Of a stretch of DNA of 64,000 nucleotides, positions 12,710-26,973 are shown piece after piece. Source of the stretch: Utricularia gibba. Its lineage: Eukaryota > Plantae > Magnoliophyta. The stretch spans positions 1,984,001-2,048,000 of the forward strand of contig NEEC01000013.1 of the NCBI GenBank assembly GCA_002189035.1. The letters are read 5' to 3'. Within the stretch, counting starts at the first letter, position 1. The number at the start of each line of letters is the position of its first letter. The translations under genes were made by a program, and so were the position numbers. Under the pieces are notes generated by a model that was given only the letters and a program-made list of their open reading frames with translations, was not told the origin of the DNA and searched no databases.

Positions 12710-14715
12710 CTATTGCATGTTTTGAATATGTATGGAACTTAAACCAGGATATTTTTCCGGCAAGATCTCACTCATTTTTCTCCTCATTTTTAATGCATCA
12801 TCCCATCTACCTGCAGCTACGTACAGTTTTGTTAGTAGCAGTGTAGCTGCATTGTCCTCTGTGTTGGCATTCAAAATGTGTTGAGCTGCTTGGATTCCTA
12901 CTTCTAAATTCCCATCTTTGATGCAGGAGCTCAGCATTGTCCTCCATGAACCAATGTAGTCATCTACAAAAGGTGAATGAAGAATCATCTCCTCAGCTTC
13001 CTCCCATTTCCCTGCTCTACTCATACAACATATGATGCAGGAATAGTGGTTTGGCCCTGGTCTCAAACCATGCTCCTTCATGCAATTCCAGAAGAATCTC
13101 GATTCCTCCACCAACCCGCAATGGCTACACGCTGCTAAAAGCGAGAGAAATGTGACGTGATCTGGTGTTACTCTATGCTTCAGCATTTGGTAATATATTT
13201 GAAATGCCTCCTTGGCCTTTCCATGGTGACTATATCCTGTAAGCAGCGAATTCCAGCACATTATGTCACACTTAGGCAAGCAGCAAAAGATGTATGTAGC
13301 CGCTTTGATTTCTCCGGTTTTTGCGTACATATCAATCATACTGCTTCTGACAAAGACTTCGCTTTCACTTCCAGCCTTCACGGCCAAACAGTGGACCATC
13401 TCGCCTTGTCGGAGAGCTGCTAGATCAGCACAAGCACTTAGAGCACTACTCAATGTGAAGGTATCTATGGTAAAACCTTCCTTGAACATTTTATAGAAAA
13501 ATATCATGGCTTCTTCACTTTCACCTATTCGGACATGCCAAGCAATCATGTCTGTCCAAAGAATGCCATCTCTAAGGGCCAAACATATGAAGATCTTCCT
13601 AGAAGATTTTGAATCATTGTTTCTGAAGTACATCGATATAAGCATAGTGGCTACATACAGACTGCATGCTAGTCCAGCTTTCATGGAACGGGCATGTAGA
13701 GGCTGTCCGTACTTAGAAGCTGGAAATCCACTGGTGCCTGAGACAACAGCTGCCAAAGTGTATTCATCTGGCTTTAGGAACGACTGCCTTGTTAGATGGA
13801 CAAACAAAGACATTGCCTTTTCCCATCACCATTCTCAGAAGACCCACAGATGATTGAGTTCCAGGAGACTAAATCAGGATTCTCAATTCTCACAAAGACA
13901 TCGAATGCTGCGTTGAGATCACTACAGCTGCAATACATATCAAGTAGGGAATTCTGTAAAGGCAGGTCCATACACGTCCCAGAAACCAGCACCAGGGCAT
14001 GAACTGAAATCCCAGTTTCAAGGTCCTCTAGCTTGGCACAAGCATTCAATGCCAAAGAGTAAGTAAACTCAGTGGGCTGAATCCCATCCCTTATCATCTC
14101 CTTAAAAAGTGCAAGGCATTCTAATAGTTTCCCATTCTTTACCTGCCCAGAAATCATTGAGTTCCATGCTAAATCATCTGGATCCATCATCTCTAGAAAA
14201 ACATTCATGGCGTGATCGGGATTCCAGCAACTGGAGTACATGCCAATCAGAGATGTTTGCACTCTCAAGTTACCCAAAAATCCTGTTTTTATACACTTTC
14301 CATGCACAAAAGAACCGATGACGACGTCTCCCATATAAGCCGAAGCCTGTAAAAGACTCGTCAAAGTGAACCCACTTGGTGAAAGGCCGTCATGCTCCAG
14401 CTGATGAAAAAGACATAATGCCAAATGGGCTTGACGAGGGATGCGAGAATACCCCGACATCAGTGAACTGTAAGATACAACGTTTCGGTGGGGCATTTTG
14501 TCGAACACCTTGTGAGAGTCCACCATCGACCCACAACGAGCATACATAGAGAGGATGACATTGAATACGAACACTGGCGATTCTACAGAAGCAACAGCAG
14601 ACGTCAGAATAAGAGCGTGGATTCTGCGAGCTTCACGGAGAGAGCTCGTGGCGGTGCATTTATCAATGAGCTGGGATGCAACGGAACCGCAACTCAACGG
14701 TCGACATCTGGGCAT
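12710..14715 (-). CDS. PLS-class PPR protein, E subgroup (At3g50420-like); intronless; apparent 1-nt frameshift at 13822-13824
   Basis: P/L/S repeats (VSYSSLMSGY, AWNSMISG, SWNSIICG, CWNSLLTGY) and an E domain (LLTKLYVAAGRWDDA...PGLS). ORFs 13792-14715 and 12710-13813 join as GDGEKAMSLF when one G is added. Confidence 0.92.
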
Positions 14716-15711
14716 TCTCCCCTACCCGCTAAAAAAAATTGAAAAGCACTCTTTCATACTGCGTTAATTAATTTACGTTCATTTGATAGAATATTTTAAA
14801 TATTTATAAATATAAAAAAAATTCAATGAAATTTAAGAATTTTAATGTGTTTATTAAAAAACACGTTTATTAAAATGATTAAATACTGGTTTTTATATCA
14901 ATCTCATCTTCACAAGTACTCATTTTTATTCACATATTTTTTAAAATAAAAAAAATTATTTGATAACAAAATCATTTATTCATCATCCATCCAAAACAAC
15001 ATCGTATCAGAAGTGAGTATCTCAAAGAATGGCAGTGGATCGAATTGCAAGCTAAAGTTGCACAATTTGTGAAAAAAAAAAGCAGAATTCTAGTTGTGTT
15101 AGCTGCATTGCAGTGTAGCATCCTTCCATCCAGTTTCATTCTCAGAATAAATGCCTACGGTTCATGTTGTTCTATTGCTCTATCTGTGCCATGCTTCCTG
15201 AGATGTCTTCAATGGAGGAGAAGAATCTGAGATCAGTGGCATGTACAGCTCCTCAGCTGCGGTGTTCTGATCGTGCACAAGAGAGACAAGAACTTCTGTA
15301 ACATTAAAAACTGCATGCTTCCTTTTCATGTAACAATGGCGCGAAGCAGAGACTTACTTGGTTAGAAGTGCTGCATTTGCTGAGATGCATGGTCTGTGAG
15401 CATGTCATAGATCAAGATTTTGAGACAATTTTCACCATGTCCTTTGGAAGTTTTACAAGAGGAAAAAGGGTGTAAGAAGATTAGACTTTATTTCAAGCAT
15501 GAGTATGATAAGAGCTTCTTCTTCTGGTAAAACTTCCTAAAGAGAGGGAAAATTGTTTCCAAATCTCAATTTCATGCTGTCTCTGCTCTGGAACACTTGG
15601 ACTACATGCTGATAAACAAGCATCTGCCTCCCTGAGCTGCAGCCTAGTAATATTATTGTGTCTTAAAAACACGAGAAGCTGGGGCTTGAGAAACAAGAGG
15701 GTACCTGGATC

Positions 15712-16558
15712 TCAAACGCTTTTCTTGCCAGGATGAATCTTTTCCTTGTTGGATTCCTGACTGCAGTGAAATTTCCCTGGACGTCCGTTTCCGAATACCA
15801 CAAGCTTATCCTTAAGATATCGCCTGACACTCAAAGGGCTCTCGAAACTATGTCTGTAGCCATCACACACACTGTTATCTTGTAGCATCTTTCTAGCAGA
15901 AGCAGCTCTTCGCGTCAGAGGTAGTGATTCCAAGCTGATTTCGCTATGAGATGAAGATCTTGAGTGCCTCTGTTTAGAAAACTTGGTTGAAAATTCACTC
16001 CTTGCCGGTATTGAATTCAAATTCGTCTCGATCGTGCTAGGTGATGGTTGCACAGACTCTTGATACAGCCCCTGTCTAAAATGAACGATCTTTTCTTCTA
16101 ACCGAAGGACTTCTTCTTCCAACACTGCAACTTCAGCCAGAAGCTCAAGTGTCTGCATATTTACAAAACAATAAATGCACCGTGCAAATTCATGAGCAGA
16201 ATCCCAATAAGGCATCAATGAGTACTTTCAAAGATTTACCAAGAGAAAATCAAGAAGAAACCATTGCATATCACTTACATGTTGAGGGAGATAAGGAGGA
16301 AGGCGAGGTAGAGAACCTAGGGGTCTGGTGAAAGCTCTCTCCAAAGCTCTATGTATATTCTCCTCTTGTCTCAGCTTCTTCTTTAGACTCTCCACCTGAA
16401 AACCCACCAAAAAAATGGGATTTTTCTTGCACCCAACTCATGTTTCTGAACCAAAAAAACAGTTCCATTACATCTTGTAATAAGGCCAGCTTTCTTTCCT
16501 TCACAGATACCCTCCTAGATGTCTCAACACTCTGTGGCTTGCTTCTTTGATAATCCAT
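15712..16558 (-). CDS. MIP1 leucine-zipper (Lzipper-MIP1) protein of the DUF547 family, apparently lacking DUF547; exons 16558-16472, 16395-16279, 16152-15712
   Basis: KLALLQD|[39 protein letters not shown]|[32 protein letters not shown] is the diagnostic zipper, with phase-0 GT-AG junctions. The 3' end is uncertain (stop at 15712 or a donor near 15703). Confidence 0.8.
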
Positions 16559-19500
16559 CTTATTCCCTGCAAAAACCAAGAGTACGGAAAAGCTTAGCAT
16601 ATCGTTCATCTAGTTTGTCAGCAATTGCTATTCCATTTCACATTCCCACATTTTGAGGAGGCAAATCTGGTTTTCTAGAATTAGCATCATTCCCAAATCT
16701 CGTATTCATCTTGCACAAGGGAAGCCAAACCAGTATAAGCAAATCAAAATGCCGTCTATCTCTAAAATGACAAAGAGTCCCAATACAAACAAGGCAACTA
16801 AGCGGTTCCCTTTATTCTAAAACAAGAAGCAGGCGGCGAGAGAGCACGGGAAGAATATAAAAGTTGAAAAATTCACACAAGTGAAAGCAAAAAGAATGAT
16901 TCTTCACGACAAAAAAAATGCTTGTTAAAGGTGTTAGTTGAAACCATTAATTCTTCACATCAGCCCAAATCAAGATTCTTCATTCTCTGGTTTTTTCGTT
17001 TTCAAGGTGACGAAAAAAAAAACGAAGAAACCCATGAAAGACCAGCAGGAAAACAACTGGTTCTGACCCCAGAAAGTGATTCTAGGGACAGAGGGGGGAA
17101 AAAAAGGAATACTAATAAGAAAATGCTACCCCCCCGACGACACCCACCCAGTTCCCATAGCCATGTCGTGCAAGGAGGATCCATTAATGCACATTGAACA
17201 AGTGAAGAAATTTCAAACCAACCCCTCATTCTGCATGCTGGCCACCACACCTTAGTTCTTGCTAATCACTAAAAACAAGTCAAAACCTTTCTCCCAAAAC
17301 CCGCTACTGTTGAAAACCGATAGTCTTTCATCACCTTCCCTTCAAAACAAAACATCTGCAAATAAAAAAGTCAAGCTTGATTTGTGATAGAGGGAGATCT
17401 CCCAGAAAAATCAAACCCAGCAATCATGGTTCCATTATCAAAGTAGAGGCAGCCTCCTCATGTATTTCAATCCATAATGTGTTTTAATCAAGTTGTTAAT
17501 AATGGAGTGGACCCCATGTGTAAACCCGCCTAATTAACATTGCATAACCATTCAAAAAACTAACGGACATTTTGAGTTAAAAATGACCAAATTGATGACC
17601 ATATTTTACGAAATGCTGAATTTCTATTATTGGCCTAAATGTGGTACTACATGAATTGCGACATTGTTTTACCTCACAAATTATAACAAACATTGATTGT
17701 AAAATTAGATAAGATTCTTCTATATAAACTGTTTATCTAAGTAATTTACATATTTTATTAAGTTGGTATCTTTCATCTTTCTTAAAAGATGAAACCTTAT
17801 TGTGATATTTATTCTCGTTTTACATGATATTATTTATTTTGTATATTAAATTATCACAGTTTTATGTTTCTCATTTTAAAAAAAAAGAGTTTATGCAAAA
17901 TTAAATAAGATATCACTATATAAATTATACCTCAACCCGATATGTAATCGATATAAGATTAACCTAAGATACTTACACTCGTGATTTAACAAATTGTATT
18001 TTTGTATCGTGATTCGTCGAGTTTAAATCAAGCCTAGGGCTATTATTGGGTATCCACTATCATAGTATGCGATATTATACCGGTTTAATCATTTTGGGGA
18101 AGATGAGAATATGAAAAATAGGGATTTATTAGTTATGGAAGCGAAGAGTGAATGCTCATGATTGTGGTTAGTTGAATTGAACACGACTTGCACTTCTGGG
18201 ATTTCGTTGTTACACTTATTACAATGGCAATAAAATGGGGACCAAAAAGTGGTCCTTATTCCTTAAAAACACAGCTTTTGTAGATCACAAGTTCCCCGCA
18301 GTACTACTTCTTGATCATGCACACACATGATCCTCTCCATCGCCAACGGCTACCTAAACCCATAGGGCAGGCTCATGATTAACACCATCTAAGTACGATG
18401 CTCATCACCTAAACCCTCTCTTAATGACCTCACCTTGTCTGTCTTACTGAAAACTATCTAATGTACGGATCATTTAGAGTGTAATTTGTGCGATTTAATC
18501 AATAATTTCTACTTAATTCATAAATAGAAATTATTGTACAAGTAAATGTAAAATAAGTTGTCTATTTGAAATTAAAAATCTTACTTATTGAATAAATTAC
18601 ATTTTCTCAATTTATATAATAAATAGAAAAAATAGTTAAAATTGAAATAAGTTACGAATAAATATAATTATAAGTTAATTTTTAAAATAAATAAAGATAT
18701 TTTATAAAATAATTACTTTTCTTTTTATTTTAAATTATAAATTGCAAAATAAGTAATACAGACTATAACCTTATAAAAATAATCATTCAAACATTTTTTT
18801 ACATATTGAGTTAAACAATTTATATTATAAATAATTATTTTTTTCAGCTATGGATTGAAGAGAGAAAACATTAGAAAGAAAGAAGAGCATCGATGCAGTC
18901 GTCCGAGGGAACCTCGTTGCCATAGCTCGCTCGTCTTGTCTTCTTCATTTGGTCCCAAGCTCCACGTTGCCATTTGTGGAATGGACCGGACCACAACAGG
19001 ACTTGGCACCGCGCCATGTTCCAAAGGCATGTTTTCGCGTCTGTTGCGTACTTCTTTTCAAATCCAAATCAAACGTAACTTCAACTAAATCCAACTAATT
19101 TTCCTATGAAATACGAACAATTTAAAAATATATATTTTTATTTTTAAAAAAAATAATAGACTTTTAATTCCTATTTGATGAAAAGTACTTTTTAAAAATT
19201 GTTTGTTGAAAAATGTAATATAAGCCACATAATACAATTAAATTTAGGAGTTCGAAGATCTAGAATTAATTAAATTCTTTTAATAAATTTGGGTGTCAAT
19301 TATTTTTCAACACTATTATTAAGGCTAATTGCGATTATTTGTGATTCTAAAACCCTGAATTAAACGCTGAAAACAAAACCCGAAAAGACATTTTCACTTT
19401 GTGATGTGTGTGTGTTTTTGAGTTGTCGAATTGAAACGAAGGCTAGCAGAAATCGGACCAAAATCTGCTGTTCCCATCATCGTCTCTGGCCGCCTCAATC

Positions 19501-20240
19501 ATCCGCCGTTCGCTACACCGTCGCCGCCGCCCTGCATCACTGTAACTTATTCTCCGCCATCAAACGGATAACTATTTCCCACGCTCGATGCCGTCGTGTA
19601 TGTCTTTCATCTGCTCTCCCTTGGGAGTATAAGCCTGGCCTGATTCGTATGTGCCGTGGAATCTTGCGGTTGGAACATTAGGAGAGGGTAATTTCCTAAT
19701 TCAATCTAGTGTTTTTTTTTAATTTCTGTATGGATTTGTTTAGTGACTGCGGTGCCTCCTTGTCACTTGAGATTGTCTTTTTCGGTGTTTTCCGGTTGAT
19801 CGTGATGTGTTGATTTGGATTCTTATTTCATACACCGGTGGTTCGGTGTTAATGTGATCAATACGGTCTCCTTTGTTCCCTGTTGACTTTGAGTTGAGAA
19901 TCGTTACTATAGAATTGAGAAGATTCACTCATTTAATTCGATAATTTTCTCAGTTGTTAACCTATGAAATGAAATTCGACAAATGGATAAATTGGTAGCA
20001 GTTGAAATTTGAAATCAAAGGATGCTTTGTATCTTATAGTGGCTCAATTTTTGAATAGCCTCTGCTACGTGATGTGGGTTTTCTGAATTATGAAAATCTT
20101 CTTTCAATCTTCTGCGGGTTGGTATTGGTTCAAAGAACAAATCAGATTTTCCCTGGCGTTACCCAGTAATCAAGTTTTTTAGTGTTAATGCTGATTATTC
20201 TTTGGTGCTTTTTTCGTAATATGCCACAGGGCTTCTCATG

Positions 20241-23200
20241 ATGCACCGTGTTCCAAGTTCAGGAAATGCAAACAATTCTGTCAGAACGCGCAAGGAAAAA
20301 AGACTTACTTATGTTGTAAATGTTTCAGAGGATAAAAGGGTGATGGCTTGTCTATGTTTTCACCAAGTAGCATTTTCCATATTTTCCTAGTTGTCTTATT
20401 TCTTGGTCAAATTCGTTAAACAATTCTAACTACAATTATTAGCTTTTTTTTTTTTTTCTTGTGCAGCATTGTGCGGGAGTAAACAGCCTTGCTGTTCTAA
20501 AAGGAACTGGAACAGATGAATGTGATTATCTTTTCACTGGTAGTCGCGATAGCACATTAAAAAGATGGGCATTGGCAGAAGATGGTGCCATTTGCTCTGC
20601 TACTTTTGAGTCTCATGTTGATTGGGTATAGCTTTTCATCTAGTTCAACAATATAGATGTAGAATACTTTATGGTCATTATGTTTAATTTATGAATGTGT
20701 ATTTATGGATTTTTTGTTGTATGACTTTCTGGTGTCATGAAGAATAATTGTTATTGCTAGGGGTTTTGACTGCTCAAATATCAAAAGTTGCTTAAATGGA
20801 CCAGGATTGTAGCTGTATTTGGAACTGCTTTGTTTGCTGTATTCTACCATTTCAATATTTACCCTGGCATTGTAGGTAAATGATGCTGTTCTTACAAGTG
20901 GGAATAAATTAGTATCCTGCTCCTCTGATGCCACTGTTAAGGTCTGAATGCGTTGAATTGATGCGAAGGTGTCTAAAGACCCTTGCTTTCCAGGAATTCC
21001 TTACATTTTTTTTCTTGAAAAATGATATTAGGTGTGGAACTCATTGTCTGATGGCACATGTGTTCGAACGTTTAGTCAACACTCTGATTATGTAATCTGC
21101 CTTGCTGCAGCAGAGAAAAGAGTAAGCGCCCTTCAGAACATTTTCCAGCTGCATTAAGTTTCTGGTAACGTGCATATGCTTTCTTAAGAGTTTTCTTTTT
21201 AAATTTTGTTCTTCACTGCATTATAGAGCAATTTATTGTCGTCTGGTGGCCTTGGGGGTGAGGTTTTCATATGGGATCTTGAAGCTGCACTTGCCCCCAT
21301 ATCCAAATCAAATGATGCAGCTGAAGATGAATTCTCTACAACTGTCAGCAGTTTGAGTTCTTCATCATCAAATACAAATCTTCGGCCTATAAGCTCAAGC
21401 AATAACATCTCTCAGCATGTCCCTCAGAATCAAGGATACATTCCGGTTTCTGCAAAAGGCCATAAGGAGTCAGTGTATGCATTAGCTATGAATGATCATG
21501 GAACAATTCTTGTGTCTGGTGGAACTGAGAAGGTAGGTTCAGATGCATGAGCTGCGGTTATAATTTGCTGCCCTGTTTTTGCAGGATATGCGTCTTAGTG
21601 CCTGGGAAAATGCTTGTAATTTGCCTGTGTTGTTCAAACGAGTGCTTTATGGTTCATCTCTTATGATGGTTTTTTCCAGACCATACGCCTTTGGGATACA
21701 AGAACAGGTTCAAAAACCATGAAGCTAAGAGGTCATACGGATAACATCAGAGCATTGTTATTGGATTCAACTGGAAGGTATACAGGATGGATACAAGCAT
21801 TGTCATTTTTTCCTTATGTTGTTAGCAGGCAGTGTAACATGTAAGAGCTTATAATTTACTATGCATGAGAGGTTGTGGCTCATCTTTATGCCCTTCAACC
21901 TGTTTCACATTTTGTATGTCCAGCACAATATGGCCTCTCATCCTTATTATTTTTATTGTGTGTTGGAAAAAAAATGCTATTTTACTGTACTTCTCTTATG
22001 GTTCCACATTTTTTTGATAATGAATCCTTCTGACAATCTGCAGATATTGTTTATCTGGTTCCTCTGATTCTATGATTAGGTATGCTTTTGTTCTTATCAT
22101 TAGGGATATGAATCACTTGCTCTTTTCATACATCACATTCTCTTGTTGCATATGTCATGTTTTGAAATCTCCCTCATGCTTGTTTTAATTTTTTTTTCAA
22201 TCTTGATCCTTCCCAGACTTTGGGATCTTGGTCAGCAGAGATGTCTGCACTCCTATGCTGTGCATACAGACTCTGTCTGGGCACTTGCCAGCACCCCATC
22301 TTTTAGTCATGTATACAGTGGTGGAAGAGATCATTCGGTGAGGGCAGTACGCACATTTTTAAAATTTTGATAGCATGTTCCTCGAAGTGAATCCTTTCTT
22401 GGTGCTTGTAGCTGTATGTAACAGACTTAGCCACAAGAGAAAGTATACTTCTTTGCAATGAAGACTATCCCATAAGGAAGTTGTCACTGCAAAATGATAG
22501 CATATGGGTTGCCACCACGGATTCCTCCATACATAAATGGCCAGCCGAAGTGCATAACCCCATGAAGCTTTTTGAGGGAGGTTTTTCATTTTTAGCCGGT
22601 AACTTATCATTTTCAAGATCAAGGCTGACAATTGAAGGTTCTGCTCCTGTAAGTTTAATATTCCCTTCATTGAAATGCTTCCCAGTATCCATGTTTTAGG
22701 TTGTTCGTTTATCTTCTACTTTCAAGCATGCGAATTCATGGTTTCTTAACTGAGCAGATTCTATTTCACCATGCGTTTCCAAATTTAGATTTTAACCCTG
22801 AAATAGGGATGCTTGCATTAGAAACTTCTCTTGAGCATTTGATCCTGCATTCAGATCAAGTTTTCGAAGCAGTAAAATCAATCTTTGTATTCAGTATGTA
22901 AGATAAGTTTCAAGCCATATCACCTAACTACCCAATGGTGTTTCAGATTCCAGTCTATAGAGAACCATCTCTAAGCATTGATGGAACAGCAGCGGTAGTG
23001 CAGCATGAGATCCTCAACAACAGGAGACATGTTCTGACCAAGGTCTGATGTAATTTGATTTTTAGGATTCTTATTTTTACATCTTTTCTGCCTGGTCCCA
23101 TGTGATCTGACTGTTTAACTCAACTGTCTACAGGATACTGTGGGGGTAGTGAAGTTATGGGAAATCACAAGGGGCGTAGTAATTGAAAACTATGGAGAGG

Positions 23201-24740
23201 TCGGTTCTATAATATGCAATCCAGTGTATTTCACGTCACATAATAGCTTCTGACACTTAGACTAATGAACATTACATGATTTATTTCAGATTTCTTTCGA
23301 GGAGAAGAAAGAAGAATTATTTGAAATGGTATGCGTCACTTTTAGTATAGCCTTTTCTGGGCTTTCACTCTGCTTCTTTTGACTCCTCATGTGCTTCTCC
23401 AGGTGAGTGTTCCTACATGGTTTACCGTCGATACACGGCTAGGAAGCCTGTCTGTGCATTTGGATACCCCACAGTGCTTTTCTGCTGAGATGTACTCAGT
23501 AGATCTAGGCATTTCAGGAAAGCCTGAAGATGATAAGGTGTTTATCCTTCTCCCGTATCTTGAATTTGGATTTTATATTTTTGAAGTTACGCCACTTACA
23601 TGATTATGCAGGTTAATCTGGCTAGAGAAACACTCAAAGGGCTTCTGGTGCATTGGTTAGCAAAGAGAAAGCATAAGGTTACACCACAAGTTTCGTCAAA
23701 TGGAGAACTTCCACCAGTGAAAGATACTCCTTGGACTTCAACAACATCTCGAATTGATGGTGATAATTCTTCTGAAGATGACTATTCTAAGGTGTACCCA
23801 CCATTTTCCTTTTCTGCTGCTTCTCCTCCTTCCATTGTCATGGAAGGTTCTCAAGGTGGTCTGTGGAGGAAAAGGATTACCGACTTTGATGGAAGCGAAG
23901 ATGAGAAAGATTTTCCATGGTGGGTTCTCGATTGTGTCTTGAACAATCGGCTGCCCCCCAGGGAACACACCAAGTAATATGTTGAACTAATCATTAGTTG
24001 ATATTTGTGAAACCATAAGGATCAAAAGCTCTTCAGTCATTTCATGGTTACTCTAGTCACAGTCGTGATATTCATTTTTTTTGTCTTCCACAGATGTAGC
24101 TTCTACTTACAACCATGTGAAGGTTCAACCGTGCAGATGCTTACGCAAGGAAAACTTAGTGCTCCTCGCATTTTGAGAATACACAAAGTGAGCTTTCTCT
24201 GTATGGCTAGCTTTCCCGTAGCACTTGTTGGTGTACTAGCTTATTTACCTTGCAGTATGTGTATTAATCCAAGTCGTTTCTTGGGACTGCTTTGTTCAGC
24301 TTCTCTACTGTTGCTTGTAAGTGATGTTTCTATATATGTTATCTATAACAGGTTATCAACTACGTTGTTGAAAAGATGGTTCTTGTTAAGCCGTCGGAGG
24401 GCATAACCACGGATGGCACTTTTCCGACAGGGATGCCCGGAAATCAGATCCAAAATACGATTGGTGGAGGAGATTCTTCTTTCCGATCACCAGTGAAGCC
24501 GTGGCAGAAGCAAAAACCCTCTGTAGAGATACTCTGCAACAACCAGGCAAGTTTAGTGAAACGTTCAAAAACACTCGATAAGTTAAATTCTATGCATTCC
24601 TGACGTAGATAGATCTGTGTTTTAATCCTTGAACTCTCCAGGCGCTATCCCCAGACATGAGCCTAGCCACAGTGCGGGCCTACATATGGAAGAAGCCTGA
24701 AGATCTCATCCTGAATTACAGACTCGTGCAGGGCAGATGA
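20241..24740 (+). CDS. LRS1: WD40 repeat protein WDR48/UAF1 homologue (LATERAL ROOT STIMULATOR 1-like); about 18 coding exons; likely 5' UTR exon near 19450-19690
   Basis: [97 protein letters not shown] and terminal [22 protein letters not shown]. Confidence 0.95.
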
Positions 24741-25557
24741 TCGAAGATATTATTATTCTCAAGGTAACCACAACTTCAGTTGTCAACATATAATTGCAAG
24801 CTTCAAGATTCCAGTGTTGTAAACAGCCATTTCTTTCCTTCAAAGATCCTTCGATGCACATAGTCCAGGTTCTACAGATAGTTTTCTAATGTCTTCATTC
24901 CAAAATCATAGGTCCTTTATGCAGGTGCAAGCACTCACTGTGCCGCGATATGCTTCAGGTGTGCGTGTAAATACCCTCGGCTGCTCCGATACCTGTGGAG
25001 CCAAGGCGCTGAACCGAAGAACAGCAGAGGAGTTCGCCGTCGGCTTATATACCTTTCTGTGTGTCTTTGCAAAAAGGCGAAGAGATTCAGAACTTCGGCA
25101 CACCTTGAAGGTTGTTTCTGCTAAATCATTAGCTTCTAAATTAGGAGTCATCCTCTTTGTTTTTTTCTGCTGCTGCTGCATACAGGCGCAGGCTGACAGT
25201 CTGAACAGTTTTGGTGGCAATAGAAAATAATGATGTTCCTGGTAGCATTATTTGATTGGCAGTTTCGGGTATGCCCTTTGTAACTTGATTTTTATGAATT
25301 ATTATTCGATTTAACCAAAAATATTGTCTGATAAAAAGCAGTAAAAAGAGAATTCGGAGAGAGCGAATGACAGTGAAGTAAAAGATAGGCTTGGTTTTAC
25401 TGCGGTGACAAGATATTTACAGATACGCATTCGGTGACGCGGTAGTTGGGAGCCATTGATGGCGAGTACTTGCCCGCGAAGTCGTTAGGTTTGCGCCAGG
25501 AGCAATCAATGAGTTCGGTTCTTGATGGAGAGCAAACGACGATCGGAAATTGGATGA

Positions 25558-26209
25558 TCACTTCGTAGTTTGCCGAACGGAGCAGCCTACAAGTTGCGCC
25601 CATTGCTTCAGCCGCGTTTTCACCGTTTGCGGAGTGTCACCTGCCGACCGGAAATCGCACATATTTCAAAACCAGATTTGAAGAAGCAATGAGTTAGTTA
25701 GATTTTGCGAAAAGGATAAGGAAATTGGAACCGGATTTCATGAGATGATCACAATGGTGAATATAACTGCAACCACGAATTTGGGAATCCGGTGCGGAAA
25801 GAAGATTCTAGGTCAAGAGAATTTGCTTTACCGGGGAGATGATGGTGAGGGGGCTGCCGAGCGGCGATGGAGTCTCGCATTCAGATCTGGACGGCGACAT
25901 CGGCAACGGCGGCTTAGAAACGGTTTTATTGTACTGCTGATTCACCGCGTAGTAAAGGCCGTACGCCGGCAGCGTATCAGAGAGGCGTTGATCCATTTCC
26001 GGCGAGTCGAATCCGAATCCAAGCTCTATGCAAGCCTTGAACTCCTCCATATCGTCCTCCGTCACGCTCTTGCTACGGCGGTGTCGGCGGTCCTGCCGCC
26101 GCTGCCACGCTTCGTCGCGGAACAAGTCAGGGGACCATGACTTATGCTTGTAGATACCCGAAGGTGCCCTCGGCGGTGCAGCCGCTTGATCGGTCGGCGG
26201 AAGCGACAT
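25558..26209 (-). CDS. DUF1685 family protein; exons 26209-25832 and 25640-25558; junction in phase only if one base is added in the run at 25833-25836
   Basis: KHKSWSPD..DEAW, RSKSVTEDDMEEFKACIELGFGF, RLSDTLPA, and exon 2 GDTPQTVKTRLKQWAQLVGCSVR. Confidence 0.9.
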
Positions 26210-26973
26210 CTAGCCGCGGCGGCGCTGAAGATTCAGTTGCTTCTCCGATTCACCTTCCTCTCCTGCGGTACGCTCGACTTTAATACCCCCATTTTTGCTC
26301 CTCGTTTTTATTTACTTAATGGGCCTTAATTCCCCTTCACATTGCCGACCGTTTCTTAGCCCCAAAAAGTCAAAACCATTTCTACACCAACACACGCCAC
26401 TTCTATATAAAAAGAATAATGTCAAAAGTCCCAAATTGTATTTGTTTTATTAATATTATCCTCTAATTTTCAACCTTCAACCATCCTATTTTAAAAAAAT
26501 AACAATTTATTTTCTCAATTGAACCAATGTGATTTGACTTTTCTACCCCTACCATGATTGCACCCGAATATTCCTAAAAGAATGATTTATTTATGCCGCC
26601 TCCAGCCATTACCAGCTCAGGCCCCTGCCTTGATTTGTGTTTTATAACTATTTTTAGACATCTTATTAAAAGTATTATATTACATGAATTTTTTAATTAT
26701 ATAATTTTTTTTCTTGTGATAAATCATAATTTATTTACAATTTAAACTAGGTTTTTGTAAGCATTTAACTCGTTCTATTATTGCTACCGCTGATTGTGCC
26801 TGTATGAAAGACAGCGACCATCTCGGTCGGTTTTTTGTCGTCACTGCTTTTCCTCACACTAACAGCACAAACCAGATCGTGTTGTGGGTCTAAAGGGAGG
26901 TTTTTTTTTGTTGTTGTTAAGGGGAAAAAATGTGTTGGAATAATGAAGAGGAGAATGGTTGCGTGATATGTCT

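Noticed and set aside
17600-18850. AT-rich block as a MITE or Helitron
   Set aside because: No terminal inverted repeats, target-site duplication or Helitron 3' hairpin could be identified by eye.
18848-19088. GC-rich island with a small stem-loop, considered as a miRNA precursor or small ORF
   Set aside because: The stem is short and interrupted, matches no miRNA I know, and the ORFs have no recognisable motif.
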